Below are positions 49,263 through 58,239 of a stretch of DNA of 64,000 nt, piece after piece. The translations under genes and the position numbers were made by a program. The stretch is taken from contig JAFMDS010000001.1 in assembly GCA_017857175.1 (NCBI GenBank), forward strand, positions 55,088-119,087, given 5' to 3'. Under the pieces are notes generated by a model, which worked only from the letters and a program-made list of their open reading frames with translations, was not told the DNA's origin and did no database searches. Within the stretch, counting starts at the first letter, position 1. Every line of letters begins with the position of its first letter. This stretch comes from Candidatus Nanopelagicales bacterium. Lineage in GTDB: Bacteria > Actinomycetota > Actinomycetes > S36-B12.

Positions 49263-50429
49263 ATGAAAGGACACATCGTGGCGAATGAGGGCACCCATAA
49301 TGTCGAGGACTTGCACCTTCAGAACCTGACCAAAAAGTTCGGTGAGGTGGCGGCTGTGGATGATCTAACCCTCACCATTCCCGCAGGATCCTTTTTCGCC
49401 CTCCTCGGCGCTTCCGGGTGCGGTAAGACCACAACACTTCGCATGGTCGCAGGTCTCGAAGAGCCGACATCGGGGTCAATTCATATCGGTCAGAACGACA
49501 TCACGAATCTTCGCGCATTTCAACGTCCGGTCAACACTGTCTTTCAGTCCTACGCACTGTTTCCGCATCTCGACATATTTGAAAACGTAGCGTTTGGCTT
49601 GCGACGCAGAAAAGTTAAAAATATTGATGCAGCGGTGAATTCCATGCTGGAACTCGTTGAACTCGCACCCATGGCTCGACGCAAGCCCACTCAACTTTCG
49701 GGTGGACAGCAGCAGCGTGTTGCCGTGGCCAGGGCTTTGATCAATCAGCCTGATGTTTTATTGCTCGATGAGCCCCTCGGTGCACTAGATCTCAAACTAC
49801 GCAGGCAAATGCAAATTGAACTCAAGCGGATCCAGACTGAAGTTGGTACCACATTTGTTCACGTGACCCACGACCAAGAAGAAGCCATGACCATGGCTGA
49901 CACCGTAGCCGTCATGAACGCTGGTCGTATCGAGCAGATGGGCCACCCCGCAGATATCTATGAACTCCCCAAGACCGTGTTCGTGGCAAATTTCTTGGGC
50001 CAGGCCAACCTGTTTGCGGGTGTGCGCACTGGGACGTCAAGTGATTCAATCGAGGTCGTTGCCAACGGCATTAATTTCCGAGTCCTTTCCGCGCGCAACT
50101 CGGCGCCCAGCGATGAAGTAATCGTTGGTATCCGTCCAGAGAAAATGACGATTCTTGATCTCCACGACAAGGAGACGATCCCGTCGGGCCACAACATGCT
50201 TGAGGGGCGGGTCATCGATGTTTCCTATGCTGGTGTGTCCACGCAATACCTGGTCGAAACGACATGGGGCCAAAATGTGACCGTTTTCGAGCAAAACGTG
50301 CTTGTGGGAGATCGAAGCAGTGTCGGTGACCCAGTGGTATTGCACTGGTCACCGGACCACACATTTGGTTTGGCTGGGGGAGAGACTGTTTTAGCTGACA
50401 CTGCACAGATCCTTGCAGTGGGCGCTTAA
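49263..50429 (+). CDS. potA: polyamine ABC transporter ATP-binding protein
   Basis: GASGCGKTT, LSGGQQQRVAVARAL, LLLDEPLGALD, C-terminal TOBE-like domain. The start may be GTG 49278. Confidence 0.92.
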   Translation: MKGHIVANEGTHNVEDLHLQNLTKKFGEVAAVDDLTLTIPAGSFFALLGASGCGKTTTLRMVAGLEEPTSGSIHIGQNDITNLRAFQRPVNTVFQSYALFPHLDIFENVAFGLRRRKVKNIDAAVNSMLELVELAPMARRKPTQLSGGQQQRVAVARALINQPDVLLLDEPLGALDLKLRRQMQIELKRIQTEVGTTFVHVTHDQEEAMTMADTVAVMNAGRIEQMGHPADIYELPKTVFVANFLGQANLFAGVRTGTSSDSIEVVANGINFRVLSARNSAPSDEVIVGIRPEKMTILDLHDKETIPSGHNMLEGRVIDVSYAGVSTQYLVETTWGQNVTVFEQNVLVGDRSSVGDPVVLHWSPDHTFGLAGGETVLADTAQILAVGA

Positions 50430-50431
50430 CC

Positions 50432-51322
50432 ATGGCGGCAGTCCTCCCCAGCGCGGGAAAGCAATCACAAGTCTCAGCTCAGCGTAAATCCCGCACCGGT
50501 TACTTTCTGCTTCTGCCCGGCATGACGTGGCTGGCAATTTTCTTCGCCATTCCGTTTGTGACCCTTTTCATGACCAGCCTTCAGGCTCCGGTTGCAGGCA
50601 AGTCTGGGCAGTATGTTCCGGCCTTCCAAGTCAGCAACTATCCAGATGCCCTGGCAGAGTATTGGCCACAGTTTCTTCGATCATTTTTTTACGCAGGGAT
50701 TGCAACTGGTCTGGCACTCCTTATCGCATATCCACTTGCATATTTCATAGCTTTTAAAGCAGGCCGGTGGCGCGCGTTGATGTTGGTGTTGGTCATTGCG
50801 CCATCGTTCGCCTCATTTCTGCTTCGCACATATGCATGGAAAACAATTCTCTCTGATGAGGGTTTCATAACAAGTTTTTTCAATGCGCTGCATCTGCTCC
50901 CAGACGATCGAATACTCAACACATCAATTGCCGTCGTCGCGGGCCTCACCTACAACTTTTTGCCATTCATGATCCTGCCCCTGTATGCGGCACTCGAAAA
51001 GATAGACCCACGTTTACTTGAGGCGTCAAATGATCTGTATGCCTCAGCATTCACCACTTTCCGCAAAATCACCTGGCCGTTGTCCCTCCCCGGCGTGGTT
51101 GCGGGAACGTTGCTGACCTTCATACCTGCCGCAGGTGACTACATCAACTCGGAGTTATTGGGATCCACGCAAGACCGAATGATCGGTAATGTGATTCAAA
51201 CAAACTTCATTGAGTTCAGGGATTACCCAACTGCGAGTGCTCTGTCCTTTGTCCTCATGGCAGTCATTTTGGTCATGGTGTTCACCTATATCCGCCGAGC
51301 GGGAACGGAGGATCTGGTCTAA
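50432..51322 (+). CDS. potB: polyamine ABC transporter permease
   Basis: 296 aa, 6 TM helices, EAA loop LEASNDLYASAFTTFRKITWPL. Confidence 0.9.
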   Translation: MAAVLPSAGKQSQVSAQRKSRTGYFLLLPGMTWLAIFFAIPFVTLFMTSLQAPVAGKSGQYVPAFQVSNYPDALAEYWPQFLRSFFYAGIATGLALLIAYPLAYFIAFKAGRWRALMLVLVIAPSFASFLLRTYAWKTILSDEGFITSFFNALHLLPDDRILNTSIAVVAGLTYNFLPFMILPLYAALEKIDPRLLEASNDLYASAFTTFRKITWPLSLPGVVAGTLLTFIPAAGDYINSELLGSTQDRMIGNVIQTNFIEFRDYPTASALSFVLMAVILVMVFTYIRRAGTEDLV

Positions 51323-52185
51323 TGCGTTGGATTAAAAGCAAACTCCTCAGTGTCATCGCAGTCTTGGTGCTCATTTATCTTTTCATTCCCATTGCCGTTG
51401 TTGCCACACTCAGCTTCAACAAGCCAGAGGGTAAATACAACACCAGTTGGAATCAATTTTCACTCGACGCTTGGACCAACATTTGTGGTGTTCCGGGCGT
51501 GTGCGACTCGTTTATGATCAGTGTACGAATCGGAATTATCTCAACTATCTTTGCCACAATTTTGGGCACCATGATCGCGTTTGCATTGGTGCGCTACAGA
51601 TTCAGGGGCCGAGCAACCACTAACCTTCTGATTTTTCTACCCATGACAACCCCTGAAGTGGTCATGGGTGCCAGCCTGTTAGCGCTTTTTCTTAATTTAC
51701 GGTTCCCACTGGGCGAGACCACAATCATCATCGCTCACATTATGTTCACGATTTCATTTGTTGTTGTTACTGTCAAAGCGCGACTACAAGGCATGGACCC
51801 TCGCCTCGAGGAGGCCGCTCGGGACCTCTATGCAAGTCCCCGAGCAACATTCCGCTACGTAACGTTTCCCTTGGTTGCCCCTGGGATCGCGGGCGCAGCC
51901 CTATTGGGCTTTTCGCTCTCATTTGATGATTTCATCATCAGTTTTTTCAATGCGGGAACAGTCGTGACATTCCCCATCTATATCTGGGGTGCTGCCCAAC
52001 GAGGCATTCCTGTTCAGGTGAATGCACTGGCAACTTTGGTCTTTGTGGTGGCGTTACTCATCGTGTTGACCTCGCAGTTTGTTTCCTATCGCAAGCGCAA
52101 AGCACTCGAGGCTGGAATGTCCTCAGATCCCGCCATTGCGGGCGCAAATGTGAAGGGCCTCGAAGCCGCAATGCCTCGTTCCTAA
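51322..52185 (+). CDS. potC: polyamine ABC transporter permease
   Basis: 287 aa, EAA loop EEAARDLYASPRATFRYVTFPL. 1-nt overlap with potB. Confidence 0.9.
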   Translation: MRWIKSKLLSVIAVLVLIYLFIPIAVVATLSFNKPEGKYNTSWNQFSLDAWTNICGVPGVCDSFMISVRIGIISTIFATILGTMIAFALVRYRFRGRATTNLLIFLPMTTPEVVMGASLLALFLNLRFPLGETTIIIAHIMFTISFVVVTVKARLQGMDPRLEEAARDLYASPRATFRYVTFPLVAPGIAGAALLGFSLSFDDFIISFFNAGTVVTFPIYIWGAAQRGIPVQVNALATLVFVVALLIVLTSQFVSYRKRKALEAGMSSDPAIAGANVKGLEAAMPRS

Positions 52186-52311
52186 CTACATGGCACACTT
52201 GAGGTTAAGAGAGCCTAGATTGCGGGCTCGTGATAAGTGATTGAAGGGATTGGTGGGACGTTCAGGCGCTCGGTCTGAATCGTTACGTGTACCCCAACGT
52301 AAAGGAGTCCC

Positions 52312-53730
52312 ATGTTTAATCTTGATCCATCCGAGCCGAGTTTTGGCAAAGTGCACAATCTGTGCCACACGCCATTTTGGCTTGACAGTGATGCACGTCC
52401 GCAGCCATTTGCGTCCTTGGAACTGGACGGTCACGCTTCTGTTGATTTGCTGATTATCGGAGGTGGGTTCACAGGACTCTGGGCTGCGGTGGAAGCCGCG
52501 CTTGAAAATCCTGACCAATCAATTATGTTGATCGAAGGTGACCGGATTGCGGGTGGGGCTACGGGGCGCAATGGCGGCTTTGTTGCCGCATCCCTCACCC
52601 ATGGTTTTAGCAATGGGTTGAGTCGTTGGGCTAGTGAACTTTCCGAGCTGGAGCGTCTCGGTCTTGAGAATCTCAATGAAATCGAAAGCAGAATTCATCA
52701 ATTCAACATTGACTGTGACTGGCTGCGATCAGGCGAACTCGATGTTGCGGTCGAGGATTATCAACTTCTTGAACTCGCAGAAGTGCACGAGCAAATGACG
52801 GGTTGTGGTTCTGCCTCGGAACTCCTTGGCGTTCGGGAACTGCGGCAGCGAGTCGATTCCCCCATGTACAAGGGAGCCCTGTTTGATCCCAACGTGGCCA
52901 TGGTTGACCCTGCGCGTTTGGCGTGGGGTCTATCGCGTGTGGCTGTTGAATTGGGCGTTGTTATTCATGAACACACGAAAGCAACTGATTTCGTAGATCA
53001 AGGCACCCACGTTGAAGTCAAAACCGCTGGTGCCACGATTCATGCTCATCGAGTCTTGTTGGCCACAAATGCCTATCCACCGCTATTGACGCGACTAAAA
53101 CATTATTTGGTGCCGGTCTATGACTATGTCATCATGACTGCTCCATTGACTGAAAGTGAACGCTCGAGCATCGGCTGGTCAGGGCGCGAAGGTATCGGTG
53201 ATTCAGGCAATCAATTTCACTACTATCGAATGACGCAGGACGGGCGAATCCTCTTTGGCGGGTACGATGCCAACTATCACAAAGGCAATGGAATGGGTCC
53301 GGAGTTTGATGTGGACCTCACCAGTTTTGCCCGCCTCGCAGATCACTTTGCACAAATTTTCCCTCAACTGGCCGAGGTGAAATTTACTCATGGCTGGGGT
53401 GGCGCCATCGATACCTGCACTCGCTTCAGCGCTTTTTGGGGCACTGCACATGGTGGAAAGACGGCCTATGTCGCTGGCTACACGGGTCTTGGAGTTGGTG
53501 CCTCGCGGTTTGGGGCACTGACCTGCCTTGATCTTCTTGAGGGGCGAGATACTGAACGAACCCGCCTCGACATGGTGAGAACCAAGCCACTTCCATTTCC
53601 ACCTGAACCACTTCGAAGTATCGGAATCGGCTGGACACGTCGATCGCTTCAAAAGGCGGATCGAGAACAAGGTAAACGCAACCTGTGGTTGCGAACCCTT
53701 GATTCCATGGGACTGGGATTCGACTCTTAA
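52312..53730 (+). CDS. FAD-dependent oxidoreductase (DAO/PuuB-like), paralog of 30430-31815
   Basis: VDLLIIGGGFTGLW, GATGRNGGF, THGWGG. Colinear with the other FAD oxidase. Confidence 0.8.
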   Translation: MFNLDPSEPSFGKVHNLCHTPFWLDSDARPQPFASLELDGHASVDLLIIGGGFTGLWAAVEAALENPDQSIMLIEGDRIAGGATGRNGGFVAASLTHGFSNGLSRWASELSELERLGLENLNEIESRIHQFNIDCDWLRSGELDVAVEDYQLLELAEVHEQMTGCGSASELLGVRELRQRVDSPMYKGALFDPNVAMVDPARLAWGLSRVAVELGVVIHEHTKATDFVDQGTHVEVKTAGATIHAHRVLLATNAYPPLLTRLKHYLVPVYDYVIMTAPLTESERSSIGWSGREGIGDSGNQFHYYRMTQDGRILFGGYDANYHKGNGMGPEFDVDLTSFARLADHFAQIFPQLAEVKFTHGWGGAIDTCTRFSAFWGTAHGGKTAYVAGYTGLGVGASRFGALTCLDLLEGRDTERTRLDMVRTKPLPFPPEPLRSIGIGWTRRSLQKADREQGKRNLWLRTLDSMGLGFDS

Positions 53731-53764
53731 GGAGTTTTTAGGCCAAGGGAGGTAGGGTCACAGC

Positions 53765-54790
53765 ATGAGCAGATATGGCGCGCAATTTGGACCGAACTTC
53801 ACTTTTCTAGGTGTCCCCGAATGCGACCTCGACGTGCCAGATACCTATGGTGATGCTGATGTGGTCATCGTTGGGGCACCATTTGATGGTGGCACTTCCT
53901 ATCGATCCGGAGCCAGGTTTGGTCCCAGTGCACTCAGGGCAGCTTGCTACCTCGAGCATGATGGGAGTCGCCCCTCGCTTGCCCTTCGTGTCGATGGACT
54001 CAAAGACATGAAAGTGGTTGATGCAGGTGACGTTGAGCTTTACAGCGGTGATGCGACTCGCTCTTGTGCGGACTTGGAAGTTGTCATAGAGAAAATCGCT
54101 CAGACAGGTGCAATACCTCTTGTACTTGGGGGTGACCACACAATCACCTGGCCCGATGTCACGGGTGTTGCTCGAGCGCGGGGGTGGGGCAAAATTGCGG
54201 TAATTCATTTTGATGCGCACGCAGATACCGGCGATATAACTTTTGGTTCCCTGGTTGGCCATGGCCAACCCATGCGGCGCCTCATTGAGTCTGGCGCTGT
54301 ACGGGGAGACAGGTTTTTCCAGATTGGTCTCCGAGGCTATTGGCCGGAGCCGGAAACCTTAGGCTGGATGGCCGAACAAGGCATGCGTTCCTATGAAATG
54401 ACCGAGATTGTTGAGCGTGGTTTAAGCGAATGTCTGACCGAGGTATTTGCACACTCGCTCGAAGATTGCGATGGTATTTTCTTAAGTGTTGACATCGATG
54501 TGTGTGATCCTGGACATGCTCCAGGGACAGGTACTCCTGAGCCTGGGGGATTAACGTCAAGGGAGCTCCTTGATGCCGTTCGCAGGATTTGTTATGAACT
54601 CCCGATTTTTGGCATGGATGTTGTTGAGGTTGCCCCGCCCTATGACCACGCAGACATCACCGCAATGTTGGGTAACCGAGTGATCCTTGAGGCTTTGAGC
54701 GCCATCGCCAGACGTCGACAGGATGACCGTGAAGGAACAACGTGGGATCCAGCCCAGCCCTTACTCGCAGACAGATTCCCAGGGGAGTAG
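53765..54790 (+). CDS. arginase-family ureohydrolase (agmatinase / guanidinobutyrase-like)
   Basis: Mn-site motifs GGDHTIT, HFDAHADT, SVDIDVCDPGHAPGTGTPEPGG. Confidence 0.88.
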   Translation: MSRYGAQFGPNFTFLGVPECDLDVPDTYGDADVVIVGAPFDGGTSYRSGARFGPSALRAACYLEHDGSRPSLALRVDGLKDMKVVDAGDVELYSGDATRSCADLEVVIEKIAQTGAIPLVLGGDHTITWPDVTGVARARGWGKIAVIHFDAHADTGDITFGSLVGHGQPMRRLIESGAVRGDRFFQIGLRGYWPEPETLGWMAEQGMRSYEMTEIVERGLSECLTEVFAHSLEDCDGIFLSVDIDVCDPGHAPGTGTPEPGGLTSRELLDAVRRICYELPIFGMDVVEVAPPYDHADITAMLGNRVILEALSAIARRRQDDREGTTWDPAQPLLADRFPGE

Positions 54791-54792
54791 TC

Positions 54793-56001
54793 ATGCGAAT
54801 ACTCGCGATTGGGGCGGGCGGCGTTGGCACGAGCGCTGCGTTAATTGCTGCGCGTCGCACATTTTTTGAACATTGGGTGTGTGCTGACTATGACCTAGAG
54901 CGCGCAAATGATCTTGTGCAGCAAGTGAATGATTCACGCTTTGTTGCATCTCGCGTGGACGCCTCGGACAGCGCCGACATTGAAAGGCTGATTCGTGAGC
55001 ATTTGATCACCCATGTTTTGAATGTTGTTGATCCACGATTTGTCATGCCGATTTTCATGGCGGCTCTGAATGCGGGTGCGAACTACATGGATACCGCCAT
55101 GAGCCTGTCTCGACCGCATCCCGTGGCACCATTTCAAGAAACTGGTGTCAAACTGGGTGACGAACAATTCGAAACCGAGCACCACTGGCGTGACAAAGGG
55201 CTACTTGCACTCTGTGGCATGGGGGTAGAGCCAGGTCTGGCAGACGTATTTGCTCGATACGCGGCTGACCACCTTTTTTCTGAGATCGACGAGATCGGAA
55301 TCAGAGACGGCGCAAATCTTCAGGTTGATGGCCATTCATTTGCTCCGACATTCTCCATCTGGACCACTATTGAAGAGTGTCTTAATCCACCTATCATCTG
55401 GGAAAAGACCAAAGGTTGGTACACGACCCAACCGTTCAGCGGGGCCGAAGTATTCGATTTCCCTGATGGAATTGGTCCACAGGAATGCGTGAACGTTGAA
55501 CACGAGGAAGTCGTACTCATTCCTCGATGGATCGACTGCAAGCGCGTCACATTCAAGTACGGCCTAGGTGATGAATTCATTGAGATTCTCAAGACACTGC
55601 ACAAGCTCAATCTCGATTCAACAAGTCCTGTTCTGGTCAAGGGCGTTGAAGTGAGTCCTCGTGACGTTGTCGCTGCTGCACTGCCTGATCCACTCACGCT
55701 CGGGGACAAAATGAGCGGGAAAACCTGTGCAGGAACTTGGGTGACAGGGTTAGGAAAAGACGGGCAACCGCGCTCGGTATACCTCTATCACGTTACTGAT
55801 AATGCTTGGTCAATGTCTGAATACGGAACCCAGGCGGTGACGTGGCAAACAGCGATGAACCCGGTCATAGCTCTCGAGTTGTTGTCCTCGGGTCAATGGC
55901 AAGGTTCAGGTGTGCTGGGGCCAGAGGCCTTTGATTCAGTTCCCTATCTTGAGCTGATGTCCAGTGGATTTGGGCAGCAGTTTGGCCTCCGTGAAGACTA
56001 A
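54793..56001 (+). CDS. saccharopine-dehydrogenase-family NAD(P) oxidoreductase (carboxy(nor)spermidine dehydrogenase/homospermidine synthase-like fold)
   Basis: MRILAIGAGGVGTSAA Rossmann N-terminus, about 400 aa, SDH-like C-terminal domain. ATG 54793 lies 2 nt after the ureohydrolase stop. Confidence 0.7.
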   Translation: MRILAIGAGGVGTSAALIAARRTFFEHWVCADYDLERANDLVQQVNDSRFVASRVDASDSADIERLIREHLITHVLNVVDPRFVMPIFMAALNAGANYMDTAMSLSRPHPVAPFQETGVKLGDEQFETEHHWRDKGLLALCGMGVEPGLADVFARYAADHLFSEIDEIGIRDGANLQVDGHSFAPTFSIWTTIEECLNPPIIWEKTKGWYTTQPFSGAEVFDFPDGIGPQECVNVEHEEVVLIPRWIDCKRVTFKYGLGDEFIEILKTLHKLNLDSTSPVLVKGVEVSPRDVVAAALPDPLTLGDKMSGKTCAGTWVTGLGKDGQPRSVYLYHVTDNAWSMSEYGTQAVTWQTAMNPVIALELLSSGQWQGSGVLGPEAFDSVPYLELMSSGFGQQFGLRED

Positions 56002-57362
56002 GCGCTGGTAGCTTCGAAAGCTTCTTCGAGTACTGACATGGCTTCTTCCAGTAGGTGCCGTGGCATGACAAGTGAGGGAAGGAACCTAAATACGTTGCCG
56101 TATGTTCCAGCCGTAAGAGTCACGACTCCATGTTGGTGACAGTACTTGTTTAAGGCTGCCGCCCGATCTGCATCAGGTTCCATCGTTCCAGGCTTGACTA
56201 GTTCAATTGCGATCATGGCTCCTCGGCCGCGAATATCACCGATCGTTGGGTGATTAATCTGCATGTCTTTGAGGCGGGGGAGCATGATGGATTCAATTTC
56301 CTTGGCTCGCTCGTTGGCATTATTGGCCTCCATCCATGCAATGGATCCGAGGGCGGCAGCACAGGCAACTGGATTTCCCCCGTAGGTGCCGCCGAGGCCG
56401 CCGACATGGACGCTGTCCATGATGTCTGCTCGACCGGTCACGGCCGCAAGGGGCATGCCACCTGCGATTCCCTTAGCGGTGGTGATCATGTCAGGCACGA
56501 CACCTTCAAATTCGCTCGCGAACCAACTGCCGGTTCGGCAGAATCCTGATTGAATTTCATCAGCGACGAAAACGATGCCGTTAGCCTGGGCAAAATCGGC
56601 CATCGCCTTGAAATAGCCCGGAGCCGGGACGATAAATCCACCTTCACCCAAAATAGGCTCAATGACGATGGCAGCAACATTGGTGGCACCCAATTCCTTT
56701 TCAATTTTAGAGATTGCCCAATTCGCAACCTCGGTTCCACCGTGTGGGCCGTCGTGAAATGGGTAGGAAATGGGCACGCGATAAATCTCGGGAGCAAAGG
56801 GTCCGAATGATTGCTTGTATGGCATGTTTTTGGCCGTCATGCCCATCGTTAGATTCGTTCGGCCGTGGTAGCCATGCTCCACAACGACAACTGCTTGCCG
56901 GCCGGTGAATGCCCTAGCGATTTTGACTGCGTTTTCTACGGCCTCGGCTCCCGAGTTGAAGAGCGCGGATCGCTTGTCGTGAGAGCCAGGTGTTAGCCGA
57001 TTGAGTGCCTCGCACACTTGCACATAACCCTCATAGGGCGTGACCATAAAACAAGTGTGGGTGAAATTGGCGGCCTGCTCCTGCACACCGGCAACAACCT
57101 CGGGATTCGCATTGCCAACGGTGGTTACCGCTATGCCAGAACCCATGTCAATTAATGAGTTTCCATCCGCATCGATGAGGACACCCCCGGCGGCTTTGGT
57201 GATGAAAGTTGGGAGACCGATTCCCACGCCCGCGGATACTGCATTCGCCTTCCGCGCGAGGAGTCCCTGAGATTGTGGACCCGGAATTTCGGTGACCAAC
57301 CGTCGCACCTGCTCCACCCCGTTGATGGTGTGCTCTGTTGCGAAATCTGATGTTGTTGTCAT
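55998..57362 (-). CDS. gabT: 4-aminobutyrate (omega-amino acid) aminotransferase
   Basis: FNSGAEAVENAVK, ADEIQSGFCRTG, PLP lysine TTAKGIAGGMPL. ATG 57362 follows GGAGG. The ORF-track start at 57449 is probably too long. Confidence 0.9.
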   Translation of the reverse strand: MTTTSDFATEHTINGVEQVRRLVTEIPGPQSQGLLARKANAVSAGVGIGLPTFITKAAGGVLIDADGNSLIDMGSGIAVTTVGNANPEVVAGVQEQAANFTHTCFMVTPYEGYVQVCEALNRLTPGSHDKRSALFNSGAEAVENAVKIARAFTGRQAVVVVEHGYHGRTNLTMGMTAKNMPYKQSFGPFAPEIYRVPISYPFHDGPHGGTEVANWAISKIEKELGATNVAAIVIEPILGEGGFIVPAPGYFKAMADFAQANGIVFVADEIQSGFCRTGSWFASEFEGVVPDMITTAKGIAGGMPLAAVTGRADIMDSVHVGGLGGTYGGNPVACAAALGSIAWMEANNANERAKEIESIMLPRLKDMQINHPTIGDIRGRGAMIAIELVKPGTMEPDADRAAALNKYCHQHGVVTLTAGTYGNVFRFLPSLVMPRHLLEEAMSVLEEAFEATSA

Positions 57363-57460
57363 GAAAACCTCCGCAGGTGTGCTTGGGGTAAGCGTGGACA
57401 CTTCTCCCGGGACGCAGTCTAAGGCCACGTTGGAGCAGGGGAAGAGCATAGGATGGATTC

Positions 57461-57739
57461 ATGAGTACTTCACATGAAATCAATGGGGTTCACATAAACC
57501 ATCACCAAAGGACCACGCTCGAGAAGGTGATGTCGCATCCAACTAACCATGACCTTCAGTGGAAAGACGTTATCCATCTGGCCGAAGCACTTGGTGAGGT
57601 GGATGAACGCCACGACGGCAAAATTAAACTGACCATTGGTGACATGAGTGAAGTTTTCGACCCCAACCACAGGAACATCAGCATGGATCAAATTGCGCAC
57701 CTGCGGCAAATGTTTACCGCCGCAGGCTTCACGATCTAG
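57461..57739 (+). CDS. small His-rich hypothetical protein (92 aa)
   Basis: ORF with an SD-like AGGATGG. 6 His in the first 30 residues (HEINGVHINHHQRTTLEKVMSHPTNHD). 9-nt gap to the next ORF. No family recognised with certainty. Confidence 0.6.
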   Translation: MSTSHEINGVHINHHQRTTLEKVMSHPTNHDLQWKDVIHLAEALGEVDERHDGKIKLTIGDMSEVFDPNHRNISMDQIAHLRQMFTAAGFTI

Positions 57740-57748
57740 GAGAACACG

Positions 57749-58201
57749 ATGGCTGCCCACGACGAATACAATGAAATAAATCTGCATGGGAAGTTTGCCG
57801 TTGCGGCTATTGACTTTCACGAAGCTCGAATTTTCGCCCTCGAAGGAGACAACACAGGTAGGCCTGAAAGGGTTGTGGCAGAAGACAAAGACGGATTTCT
57901 GCGTAAATTACATACGAAAACAAATAACGTCGAGGGTGACTACCACACCCCAGGTGACGAGTATTGGAAATCAATCGCAATTGTGCTGCAACGAGCCAAT
58001 GCCGTTGTTCTTCTTGGACATGGAAACGGGAAGGCCAATGCCTCGCATCAATTCATCGCATATGTTGAAAAGCATTACTCAGATCTTGGCGCAAAAATCT
58101 TGGGTGACTTACGCCTTGATATTGATGACCTCACAGATCCGCAGGTTCTTCGTATCGGACAAACATTCTTTGATGTTGCCCCCAAACGGAATATGCCCTA
58201 A
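57749..58201 (+). CDS. hypothetical protein (150 aa), possibly an eRF1-domain-like/host-attachment-like fold
   Basis: AGGAG 6 nt upstream of the start. Pattern AVAAIDFHEARIF ... VVLLGHGNGKANASHQFIAYVEKHY ... ILGDLRLDIDDLTDPQVL. Functional assignment is speculative. Confidence 0.6.
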   Translation: MAAHDEYNEINLHGKFAVAAIDFHEARIFALEGDNTGRPERVVAEDKDGFLRKLHTKTNNVEGDYHTPGDEYWKSIAIVLQRANAVVLLGHGNGKANASHQFIAYVEKHYSDLGAKILGDLRLDIDDLTDPQVLRIGQTFFDVAPKRNMP

Positions 58202-58239
58202 CCGTTGAGCGTGAATCAAGTGCGCCCTAATGAGACGAA

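Noticed and set aside
57786-58208. 140-aa alternative-frame ORF overlapping the 150-aa hypothetical gene
   Set aside because: The frame starting at 57749 has an AGGAG RBS, tight coupling to the upstream ORF and a more protein-like sequence. The alternative frame lacks an RBS.
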